Assembly (NCBI GenBank): GCA_951406725.2
Contig: OX597828.1
Coordinates: forward strand, 9,796,001 to 9,860,000
Direction: 5' to 3'
Length of the DNA: 64,000 nt
Origin: Octopus vulgaris
Taxonomy: Eukaryota
The notes beneath the pieces were generated by a model. It worked only from the letters and a program-made list of their open reading frames with translations. It was not told the origin of the DNA and did no database searches. A program made the translations under genes and the position numbers. Of this stretch, positions 29,063-40,422 are shown one piece after another; position 1 is the first letter of the stretch; each line of letters starts with the position of its first letter.

Positions 29063-30175
29063 TACAACTTGATGGCAAATTTGGAGTCCTTGACACTATG
29101 CAGTGGCGCCCAGTTCTGGCATTTGTGTAACTCTCGATGCCAAAGTTAGGGACAAGTTCTTCTAGGATCTTCCAGATGTATATTATGGCATATCTTTCTC
29201 GCCTACGCTCTAAGAAATAGAGTCTCAATCTCTTGAGTCTTTCCCAATAGCTTATATGCTACACAGAGACTATCTTCTTCGTGTAGCTTCGTTGGATCGC
29301 CTCAAGTTCTGTGATTAACTTGACACTGGATGGTGACCATAGCTGAGAGCAATAGTCAAAGTGGCTTAGGACAAGTGTCCTCCAGAGGACCATCATGGTT
29401 TCCTGGTCTCTTGTTCTGAAGGTTCTAAGAATCCATCCGGTCAGCCGCCTACATTTCATTGCCAATTTAGCAACATGCACATGAAAGGTTGCATCATCAC
29501 TCATGTAAATACCCATGTCTCGCACTGATTATGCCTCTGGGATTGCAGTCCCTCCAGGTCCAGTGTATTTATTGGGTATTGCATTTAGTTTTGCGTGCTG
29601 ATAGCATAGAGCTTGAAGCTTTTCAGCATTGAACGGCATGCTGTTCTTTTCAGCCCACTTGTATATTTTGTCCAGCTCACATTGCAGGTGCTTAGTGTTC
29701 TCAGAGTTCTGTATTGCCTGTGAAACTTTTGTATCATCTGCATAACTTGTGATCGTAGCTCTCTGCGTGGCTGAAGGCATGTCTGAGAGGGGCATTATGA
29801 ACAGTAGTGGTCCCAAAACAGTGCCCGGCGGAACACCGCTCACTATTTACGTGTTCGTGGAAGTGGTCCCATTGGCTACTACCACCTGACTTCTATCCTT
29901 CAGAAAGCCATGAAGCCATTCTCCCAATTTTCCAACTATGCCAAGATCACGCAGTTTGTGACAGGATTGCTGGGAATCCATCTGGGCCAGTAGCTGAGTT
30001 TGTTTTCATTTCATCAATAGCCTTTATTACATCATCTTCCTTTATATTGATGTAATCAATCATCGCTGCCTCTGATTTTATATCTGCAGTGGTAAAGAAG
30101 TCAATTGGATTGCTTGACTTGAAAATGCCCTAGGGGTGGCGTGAAAATACTCTTGAATTGCTCATCTAGTATATC
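29063..30175 (-). mobile_element. CR1-clade LINE reverse transcriptase fragment (pseudogene)
   Basis: SATGPDGFPAIL, SGVPPGTVLGPLLF, SYADDTK, RDMGI and GWILRTFRTRD..HFDYCSQLWSP. An internal deletion near 29960 removes the DF.KAFD motif. Confidence 0.9.
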
Positions 30176-30464
30176 ATTTAGTATTGCTCATTTAGCATTT
30201 CATGAGAGAATTAGATACTAATTTAATAGTATATTTTTTCCACACCAAGTGGCCTAGTGCTACGAGAAACCTGGATTATTATAATATTTTATAACATATT
30301 ATAATATTTTCACAAAATAAATATAAGAGAGTGGTCACTATATTGATCACTCTAGCACCAGTTAATCCAAAAGGTTTCAACCACGAAAAATACATGTTTC
30401 CCATGAAAGCCAGTACGACTGTTAGCTCACACGGACAGGGCAAATAAAAAATAACAAAAATACA

Positions 30465-30554
30465 GATTATTTTGGGACAATTGTTTCGCTATTAATGAAT
30501 TAAATGTAATATTACTTACAATAATCCATTTGTAGCTCTTCAGCCAAGACTATC
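30465..30554 (-). ncRNA. Type I hammerhead ribozyme (inverted copy)
   Basis: Reverse complement of 31231-31320. Confidence 0.85.
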
Positions 30555-30704
30555 TGGATGAAATCCACTCAATCACACGCCAGATTTTACCATAACGATA
30601 AATACGCGTGCGGTTCAATTGATTACATCGGACGTTATAATTCAAATGCCCCAACCAACAGCGCGCCAAACTCTCACGGAAAACAAATACAGCATTTAGA
30701 GCTG

Positions 30705-30786
30705 TGGCTGAAGAGCTACAAATGGATTATTGTAAGTAATATTACATTTAATTCATTAATAGCGAAACAATTGTCCCAAAATAATC
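30705..30786 (+). ncRNA. Type I hammerhead ribozyme, copy 1 (5' strand of stem I truncated)
   Basis: TGG-CTGAAGA-GCTA...TAGC-GAAA-CAATTG-TC^CCA; predicted cleavage after 30775. Confidence 0.75.
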
Positions 30787-31230
30787 TGTATTTTTGTTAT
30801 TTTTTATTTGCCCTGTCCGTGTGAGCTAACAGTCGTACTGGCTTTCATGGGAAACATGTATTTTTCGTGGTTGAAACCTTTTGGATTAACTGGTGCTAGA
30901 GTGATCAATATAGTGACCACTCTCTTATATTTATTTTGTGAAAATATTATAATATGTTATAAAATATTATAATAATCCAGGTTTCTCGTAGCACTAGGCC
31001 ACTTGGTGTGGAAAAAATATACTATTAAATTAGTATCTAATTCTCTCACCCTTATTAATTAATTATAATTATGCTGCATTTATTTCTAAATGCTGTATTT
31101 GTTTTCCGTGAGAGTTTGGCGCGCTGTTGGTTGGGGCATTTGAATTATAACGTCCGATGTAATCAATTGAACCGCACGCGTATTTATCGTTATGGTAAAA
31201 TCTGGCGTGTGATTGAGTGGATTTCATCCA

Positions 31231-31320
31231 GATAGTCTTGGCTGAAGAGCTACAAATGGATTATTGTAAGTAATATTACATTTAATTCATTAATAGCGAA
31301 ACAATTGTCCCAAAATAATC
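31231..31320 (+). ncRNA. Type I hammerhead ribozyme, copy 2
   Basis: Stem I GATAGTCTTGG/CCAAAATAATC; core CUGAAGA (31242-31248); stem II GCUA/UAGC with a long hairpin extension; GAAA; stem III AC-AAUU-GU; GUC cleavage triplet, cut after 31309. Confidence 0.88.
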
Positions 31321-31764
31321 TGTATTTTTGTTATTTTTTATTTGCCCTGTCCGTGTGAGCTAACAGTCGTACTGGCTTTCATGGGAAACATGTATTTTTC
31401 GTGGTTGAAACCTTTTGGATTAACTGGTGCTAGAGTGATCAATATAGTGACCACTCTCTTATATTTATTTTGTGAAAATATTATAATATGTTATAAAATA
31501 TTATAATAATCCAGGTTTCTCGTAGCACTAGGCCACTTGGTGTGGAAAAAATATACTATTAAATTAGTATCTAATTCTCTCACCCTTATTAATTAATTAT
31601 AATTATGCTGCATTTATTTCTAAATGCTGTATTTGTTTTCCGTGAGAGTTTGGCGCGCTGTTGGTTGGGGCATTTGAATTATAACGTCCGATGTAATCAA
31701 TTGAACCGCACGCGTATTTATCGTTATGGTAAAATCTGGCGTGTGATTGAGTGGATTTCATCCA

Positions 31765-31854
31765 GATAGTCTTGGCTGAAGAGCTACAAATGGATTATTG
31801 TAAGTAATATTACATTTAATTCATTAATAGCGAAACAATTGTCCCAAAATAATC
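31765..31854 (+). ncRNA. Type I hammerhead ribozyme, copy 3
   Basis: Same sequence as 31231-31320; predicted cleavage after 31843. Confidence 0.88.
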
Positions 31855-31999
31855 TGTATTTTTGTTATTTTTTATTTGCCCTGTCCGTGTGAGCTAACAG
31901 TCGTACTGGCTTTCATGGGAAACATGTATTTTTCGTGGTTGAAACCTTTTGGATTAACTGGTGCTAGAGTGATCAATATAGTGACCACTCTCTTATATT

Positions 32000-32043
<44 letters not shown>

Positions 32044-32129
32044 CTGAGAAGAATACAGTGTACGTTCAAATACAAAAGAGATACCCGAAGAATAGATACG
32101 CTAGAAAGAGCAGTTGAAACTCAAAGCCC

Positions 32130-32211
32130 CCAATTGTCGTAATTCCGAAAGTGATTGAAAAATTAAAAAAAGTTTTTATTTTTCAATCACTTTCGGAATT
32201 ACAACAATTGG
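32130..32211. repeat. Near-perfect inverted repeat (hairpin)
   Basis: CCAATTGTCGTAATTCCGAAAGTGATTGAAAAAT ... ATTTTTCAATCACTTTCGGAATTACAACAATTGG. Confidence 0.9.
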
Positions 32212-32542
32212 TAACTCATTTCTACTTTCTCGGTAGACCACTGGTAACTAGGAATTTTTCGATGAATATTCTTGCTACCCTAAGATTTTAATTAATGATA
32301 TATATATATGTATATATAATGATATATATAATGATATATATATATATATGTATGTATGTATATAAACACACATACACACACACACACCCATATATATTTG
32401 TATGTATATATAGATATGCATGCATGTATATATATGTATGTATATATACACATTTCACCTGCGTTTGTATATGTATATGTTTATCGAACTCTCTATTTCT
32501 TCCTATGCACACATATACATACATATGCATGTATGTCCAGAC

Positions 32543-33097
32543 TTTATGTCAGGTCACTTTCGAGTGCTACTGGCAACATGTAACCCAGTACAACCTGTTG
32601 CATGGTCGGGTCGTCGGTGACTAAACCGGCAACCTCACCAAGCTTGCTTGGTGACGAGGGTGTTTATTGGACACCCTGCGGGATGAAAAACAAAACCCGT
32701 CATAGGGTGGAGGAACTTTTGAGAGTCAACGGCCATCCAATAAATGTCTTAAGGCTATTTCATGCGCGGGGACATAGAAATAATCGGACTGAATACACGA
32801 TCGCGCGGTTAAACCATTGGGAGTGAAGGACTCCTAGCCTTTGTTAGGGCATCCTTCTTGGAGAATGTAACTCAGAACTGGGATAACTCCGACATAAAAC
32901 CTGCAGCTCAGTGGTTACCGATGATGTTGACTTGTTCTTCTTTTCTGATTATGGCTGCTGTTGCTTAGTGAATGGGCTTGACTCAGTGCACAGCCTTTCC
33001 TCACTTTAAAAAAATATTCTTGCCCAGGTATTGCACGATAACAACATTGGTTAACTTTTGTGAAATGGCCATACTCGATAACGAGGGGGCAGCCACC
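32543..33097 (+). mobile_element. Non-autonomous retroelement, probably derived from an RTE 5' UTR
   Basis: GC-richer 555-bp block flanked by a 10-bp TSD ATGTCCAGAC (32533-32542 and 33098-33107). Contains a GGCATCC..GGAGAATGTAACTC..AAAACC segment reminiscent of RTE 5' UTRs. No credible ORF. Confidence 0.6.
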
Positions 33098-33241
33098 ATG
33101 TCCAGACAAACAGATAGTTAGAAAGAAAGATAAATAGATAGAGCGATACAGGAAGGAACACACATACACGTGTACGTATATACCAGAGGAGAAAACGTGG
33201 CTGATATATACAACTGCTTGCATACTAGTGATAACTACGCT

Positions 33242-33272
<31 letters not shown>

Positions 33273-33454
33273 TAGTTGATGTTGATAATGATATCAACAA
33301 TGACAATATATTTATGGCGGGGGGCATGCCTCTACGTCTTAAGTACAAAGAAAAACATATCTAGCTATCTATTGATATATCTATCTCTCTATTCTTCCAT
33401 CTCTGGCTCTCTCTCTGTCTCGGTCTCTCTGTCTCAGTCTCTCTCAATCTATAA

Positions 33455-33500
<46 letters not shown>

Positions 33501-33602
33501 ATGAGAATTAAAATAAAAACTCAAATTAGGCAAATTTTTCTCCATACGCATACATATTTATAAATGTCGTGTAAAAATATTATATATATATATGTATATA
33601 TA

Positions 33603-33982
33603 ATATTGTTATATTTCGGAATGGTCATTTTGCCAGTTTAGCCAATAAAAACACATGCACTATATATTTGGTGTTATTTTGCTTCAGTGTTATTTATTTT
33701 TTACATCAATCTTAATCTTATTTCGGCCAGATTTCTTTCGTCATACTGTTACCGCATCAGTGGTCCTTTATTTTCTTCTTTCTTATTTGTGTTTGACGGT
33801 TTGTAAGGAGAGACACAGGACCACTGATGCGGTCACAGTATGACGAAAGAACTCTGGCCGAAATAAGATTAAGATTAATGTAAAAAAATAAATAACACTG
33901 AAGCAAAATAACACCAAATATATAGTGCGTATGTTTTTATTGGCTAAACTGGCAAAATGACCATTCCAAAATATAACAATAT
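33603..33982. repeat. Long inverted repeat (~165-bp arms) with hammerhead-like motif; inverted PLE-type terminal repeats
   Basis: Arms 33603-33767 and 33817-33982 differ at only a few positions. The right arm begins GGACCA-CTGATGC-GGTCA-CAGTA-TGAC-GAAA-GAAC-TC-TGGCC. Confidence 0.8.
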
Positions 33983-34149
33983 GTTTCAACAAACGACTTC
34001 ACATAAAAAATCTTGCACAACAAATATATAAACGTATATATAATATATCATATATATATTTTTTAAACAAAATTTAGAAATGTTTATGCGCATGAAAAAT
34101 TTATATTATATATATAAATATATACATATATGTATATACACACATACAT

Positions 34150-34188
<39 letters not shown>

Positions 34189-34189
34189 T

Positions 34190-34790
34190 ACATAAGGTTG
34201 GATAAAATAATGGAAACACCTAGCATCATAGCATCATAGAAATACCTATAAAACAGTCAAAACCTTGTTTGTTGGGGTTTTTTTTAATTTATTATTAGTG
34301 TTGCTTAACATGTTTTGCTAAAATTGCTGTTTCATTTCAGATATCATCAGAGGAAGGTAATTAGAATTCATTAAAACGACAGATGTATTGGACTTTCAAC
34401 GAGGTCAAATTGTTCGTGCCCGTATGGCAATCGCTAGACTAACGAAAAGAGCTGGAATGTTTGGTGTATTAAGAAGTACAGTACTGTCTCTAAAGTAATG
34501 ACAGCCTTTGAGAAAGACGAAAAAAACCATCTCATCGAAATAAACTCCGGAAAAAAACCAAAACTTTCAGATAGGATCCATAGGATTCTTAAGCGAGTGC
34601 TTAGAAAGGATCACAAAATTACAGATCCAAAAATTACTGCCGAGCTTAATGACCACCTTGAGAACCGAGTCTCCTCAAGAAACTGTTCACCGGGAGATGC
34701 CCAAAGCCGGATTTCACGGGAGGGCTGCAATCAGAAAACCACTACTTACAAAAACAAACATTGCAAAACGCTTAGAGTGAAAAAAAACCC
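34190..34790 (+). mobile_element. Tc1-like transposon, 5' half (degenerate)
   Basis: DFQRGQIVRARMA..AGMFGVLRST, VSKVMTAFEK..NSGKKPKLSDR..PKITAELNDHLEN and AGFHGRAAIRKPLL, the paired-like HTH of Tc1. Truncated where a SINE begins. Confidence 0.85.
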
Positions 34791-34814
34791 TACAGAACCC
34801 CGATATATACAAAT

Positions 34815-35140
34815 GGTTTTGTGGTAAGCAGCTTACTTTCCAAACACATGGTTCGGGGTTGAGTCCCACTGCGAGGCATTTGGGCAAGTGTCTTCAACTA
34901 TAGCCTCTGGACGACCAAAGTCTTCTGAGTGGATTTGGTAGACGGAAACTGGAAGAAGCCCGTCATGTGTCTGTGTTTGTTACCCCACCATTGCTTGACA
35001 GCCGATGTTGCTGTGTTTACGTCCTGTCGGTTCGGCAAAAGAGGAAATTAGTACTAGGCTTACAAAGATAAGTCTTGGGGTCGATTTGTTCGACTAAAGA
35101 CGGTGCTCCAGCATGGCCGCCACCAAATGAGTGAAACATG
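34815..35140 (+). mobile_element. SINE family C copy (diverged)
   Basis: Homologous to 14600-14995 (GGCAAGTGTCTTC, GGTAGACGGAAACT, CGGTGCTCCAGCATGGCCGC). Confidence 0.85.
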
Positions 35141-35875
35141 TAACGAAATACATATATGTATACTATTTTCTCGCGGTTATTTCTACAGATATTCTGTAGT
35201 ACACTGATTTCCACTACACTTTTTCGTATCGAGACTTCAGATGTAAACAAACAATATAATCGAAAACAAAATATATATACCACCTAACCCATTATTACCT
35301 CCGAACACATTGCCTATATAGCCATCGCATACAGCGGTGTTAAGTTATTGGATATACCAATTTACATATTCGACGCATTCCTAGGGTCTGGTGTGTAGAC
35401 ATTAATGATCTGTAGATACGTGGTACTTCGCTATGCAAACGTATGATACTAAAAATTATATCGTTTTTATAAATGTTTTTATAGGTCAGCAGTGCTTTTT
35501 ACATTATTTTGTTGATGTTATTTCTTCAGATATTCTATACAGAATTTAGCCAGCTCTGATTTTTGCTGCAACGTTCTCTATCGAATTGTCAAACAATGTG
35601 ATCGAAGACAAAATTGGTAATGAGTGTATATGCCACATTTCGGGGGCTGTTGCCCCTTCTTCAGCACTCATCCTCTATAGTATATTATATTTGCTTAATG
35701 AAGTACCATGTACCTACAAATCAGTTATATATGTACACATACATGCACGCATACACACACACACACACACATATACGAACTTAGGTATAAATATGCATAT
35801 ACATATGCACATTTCCAGTTCTAAGTAAGTGAACAGTGTATATTTCCACTCCCATGTGAGCGAATATGTATGTAC

Positions 35876-35918
<43 letters not shown>

Positions 35919-35973
35919 ATTATACATATATACAAATATAATAATTACATATATGTAGGTGTGTGTCTTTCTT

Positions 35974-36016
<43 letters not shown>

Positions 36017-36099
36017 GATTATACATATATACAAACATAATAATTACGTGCGTGTGTATATATGTATATACTAATAATGTATATACTAATATGTATATA

Positions 36100-36131
<32 letters not shown>

Positions 36132-36147
36132 CGTGTGTGTGTACATT

Positions 36148-36178
<31 letters not shown>

Positions 36179-36912
36179 ATGTATACATTGGGAGGTGTGT
36201 GTAGAGACATACATTCATACATTCATGTGTATCAGCGTGAGAGAGATATGGAGAGAGAGAGAGAGGTATAATAAAGTTGATCAGAGAATTGTCACTTGAA
36301 CTTTAAATCATTACGTTCCTTAATCACTCCCAATTTGAAATTTATAGTGTTTACTCTAATTATCTAGCATGTGCGCATACGCAAATCATGGACACAGAGA
36401 TAATAACGGTTGGTTGATTTAGAGGGAGGGGTATTTCATGACACAAAGCGCAATCTATTAGTAAATATCACCTAATTAATTATTTGATTCTCGACCGTGA
36501 ATCAATGACCGTAATATTAACACCACTTAATATATAGAAACGTTTGAACTCAAATCGATACTGGATTCTTAAGTGTGCTCAAATACATAATGGTTCATTT
36601 GTCTTAAATAAGTTAACCTTCACCATAGTTATTTTCATCTCTTTATATATCATAAATATATCAAATGTCCGTTCAAATGTTGCCATGGAGAATTGCTAAT
36701 GGCCGAGCGAACAGGATGCAGGACAGCTCGCCTAAAGCAATACAGTTCGCTTCCATTTCACCGACGCATTATTTTTAACTCCTTATTGTTTGTGCTATTT
36801 TTCGTCAGTCACTGGACGGCTCTGAACAGTCGTATGACAAAATACTTTCACTCCGTGTTTTCAAAGGCAATATATATAAATCGTCAATATATGATTTTTT
36901 TTTTTTTTTTTG

Positions 36913-37045
36913 GAGAAGAAGAAGAAGAAGAAGAGGAAGAAGAAGAAGAAGGAGAAGAAGAAGAAGAAGAAGAAGAAGAAGAAGAAGAAGAAGAAGAAGA
37001 AGAAGAAGATGAAGAAGAAGAAGAAGAAGAAGAAGAAGAAGAAGA
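36913..37045. repeat. (GAA)n microsatellite preceded by a poly-T run
   Basis: Directly visible; source of the poly-E, poly-K, poly-S and poly-F ORFs. Confidence 0.95.
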
Positions 37046-37318
37046 TGTTAGTTTGTGATTTTCCAATGATATGGTTGTTATGTTTGTTCATTACATTCTG
37101 ATTAAGTTGTTTTCTGAATAAAAGCAGGTCACACGATCGAAACTAAAGACAGGCTTATGTCGTAAAATTGTCTCGTCCTATGATGTGCGGAAGGAAATGT
37201 CGTTCAAAAAGGATTAAGAGAAAGTAAACAGAAATAGAATGAAAATGTATAAATACATATGTGTATGTATGCATATATGTATATATGCTTGAATTTATGC
37301 ATGTTTATATATATATAT

Positions 37319-38190
37319 AAACTTAGACTTAGATAAACTTAGACCAAAGATTGGTCCAGGCCATGTCTAACTTAATAGCACCACCTGATAGGATTATTCG
37401 AATCCTGTTTAAGTCAAGTTTTGTTTATGGTCCATTCAAGTAGTGAGTTTTTGTTGGGTGAGTTGTATCCAATTATGGGTGGCTTATCTGGTATTCTTTG
37501 AAGGAATCTATCCAGACTCCGTTTAAAGTTGATGGGATCCTTTTCCTATTTGATCTCTTTCGGGACAATGTTAAATAGGGCAGGGCCTGTTGAGGAAAAG
37601 AAATTATGTTGCAGTGTACATGTATGCTGTGATCTTGAATTGGGCAGGGGACGTATGGCCCGTGGTCCCAGTCTTGGATGAACCTTGAAGCTAATGTTCA
37701 GGTCGTTTGGGCAAAGTTGGCGGTATATCTCCACATCGTACAAATGATGTATCGCTCACAGCGACGCTGGAGAGAGTAGAGTTTCAAGGCTTTAAGGTGA
37801 TCCCAATAATCGAGAGCAGCCATGCCTTCAATTCGTTTAGTGAGTGCCCTCTGGGGTGATTCAATCCTCGAGATGTTTTGTCTTGTATGGGGAGACCACA
37901 TTGGGTAGCAGTATTCGAGGTGTGGCCGTACAAAGGAGGAGAAAAGTGGTATGAAGACACCTTGTTCTCTGGACCGGAAAGTTCTTAAGATCCAGGAACT
38001 CATCCTACGAGCTATATCGACCTTCTTGTTGATGTGTGCACTCTAATTGAGATCGTCTTCAACAATTACACCCAGGTCTCTGATATTGTTAGAGGCTGTG
38101 AGCGGTTCCCCTGAAGGAAGAGAGTATGGCTGTTTTAGTGAGGAATTTCTTCCAAAATGCATCAGCTCAAATTTTCCCTCGTTCAGTTGC
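37319..38190 (-). mobile_element. 5'-truncated CR1-clade LINE (second family) with short tandem tail
   Basis: SSWILRTFRSRE..FVRPHLEYCYPMWSPH..IESPQRALTKRI..DYWDHLKALKLYSLQRR. The 3' end carries (TCTAAG)-like repeats at 37320-37345. Confidence 0.88.
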
Positions 38191-38646
38191 ATTTTGTGTA
38201 TATATATATATATACATACATATATTTGTGTGTGTCTATGCTTGTCCCCCTACCATCGGTTGACTACTGATGCTATTGTTTTTATATTCCTGTTAATTAG
38301 CGGTTCAGCAAAAGTGAACGATAGCGTAAGTAATAAGGTAGCAAATAATAAATCCTGGAGTCGATTTATTCGACTAAAAGGCAATGCTGAGCCCAGCTGC
38401 AGTTAACTGACAGAAACAGTTAAAGTAAAAGAGTAAAGAAGTAAAAAAGAGTAATATATTCATATATAATTATGTATATATACACATATGTGCATAAATG
38501 CATATATACATAGATGTATATATGTTTATATATTAACATATATGTATGCATATAGACGTACACATACATATACATTACCATGTATATGTATATATATATA
38601 TGTGTATATATATACATGCATAAATATATATATATATATATCTACG

Positions 38647-38687
<41 letters not shown>

Positions 38688-40008
38688 GTATGTATATTTT
38701 AGGTATATATACATGTATGGATATGTATATATATAAGTGTGTGTGAATGTATATATATATATATATACGTCTGTGTGTGAATTTGTATTTGTGTATGTCC
38801 TTCATAACCACTTGAAAACCAGTGTTGAATTGTCTACCACTTTCTAATCAGTTCGACACAAGAGACCGATAGAATATGTTGTAAAAATGTGTTGTGGGGT
38901 AAATTCGTTCGACAAAAATGAAAACATAAGGATTATAAAATGATAACATTCAACACTGTACCCCAGCATGGATGCACTTTAATGGGCGTATCAAGTTTAA
39001 AATATTTTAATGTTATTTACTGCCTTTCAATGTTTGAGTACATTTCTTATGTATTGTTACTCAATCCTTCATAAATCAACAAATATCTTTATAACCAGAT
39101 CAAAAGCGTTCAGTAAAATCCTCAGTGTTTTATATATTTTCTATATTTAAATGTAACTTTCTGTCAAAGCATACTCTTTGACGATGTTCTACATATTCTT
39201 TGACCACTAGATATCACTTATTGATTGTTCTTAAAGTGAAAGATTTAAACCGCAATACCACCTTTCTATTCGCCAAATATATACGGAAATATCTTGACTC
39301 GAAAGGGATAAAGAAAAACCGTGACTGTCATATCTTATGAAGTCTATTCCATTTCCTTATATGGCACTTGGTTTAACAGCGGATTCTTTCTACGTAAGAA
39401 TTCTATTCTAATGCCAATATACGGGCCAGATCCGCTGTATGATATTTCCTCCATGTCATTTGAGACAATTGCCGGACCCAGTTAAATTCCTAGTCTCATC
39501 ACGTGATCACGCTCTTTTACTTGTATATACTTATTGCTAGGACATGTTTCATATAAAAAGTAAATGAATTTCAAAGAGTAAGAGCTTAGTATGCAATCTG
39601 AAAAAGCAAAGTAGTGTACAATATGAGAAAGTTAAAGAGTTTGAGGTTGTAGGACGCTATATAATAGACTTCGCTTGATGACACATAAGCACCGATGAAG
39701 TCCATATATAGTTGTTAATTAGAAACGAAATATTTCATAGATAATCGTCACTATAAGGGACAATACAATGCCGTGATTAAATCAAAACGCCTACAGTAAA
39801 ACTATCTGATTCATTATAAAAACACCACTATAGAAATTCCCATGTGTATAGAATTAAAATTAGGAAAAAAGGTAGTAATTTTGTCTGAGATTTCTTATTA
39901 GAATGATAAATTATTCCTGACAGAATGCAATAAGCCAAAGTCGGAACAAATCGAATACCATTCTGTGATGTATTTTATTGAAAGAAACATCAAACATATA
40001 ATATAGAT

Positions 40009-40050
<42 letters not shown>

Positions 40051-40291
40051 ACTGTTTCTCTCACGCACATACAACTACAAAAAGGCATACATATAAATAT
40101 ACATACACACACATGCACACATGTATACAGACATGTACACACACATACATACGATATGCGTGTCTTTGCGTGTCAAGTTATATATGTGTGTATATGTAGA
40201 CGCAAGAAGACAGGTATACAAGATATATACATTATTTATTACTTACTCATAAGAATGTATATATATATATATATATATGTATATGTATACA

Positions 40292-40422
<131 letters not shown>

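Larger units (their letters stand above)
30203..32003 (+). mobile_element. Candidate non-LTR retrozyme / PLE pseudo-LTR array: 498-bp inverted copy plus ~2.4 tandem 534-bp monomers
   Basis: GGCTGAAGAGCTAC recurs at 30706, 31240 and 31774 (period 534). 30203-30700 is the reverse complement of 31085-31582. No differences between copies seen by eye. Each copy contains a hammerhead ribozyme; the right end runs into (TA)n. Confidence 0.85.

Noticed and set aside
30558-30824. 88-aa ORFs within the 534-bp array (also 31876-32142)
   Set aside because: They cross the inversion junction or run into (TA)n and show no domain similarity; the monomer appears non-coding.
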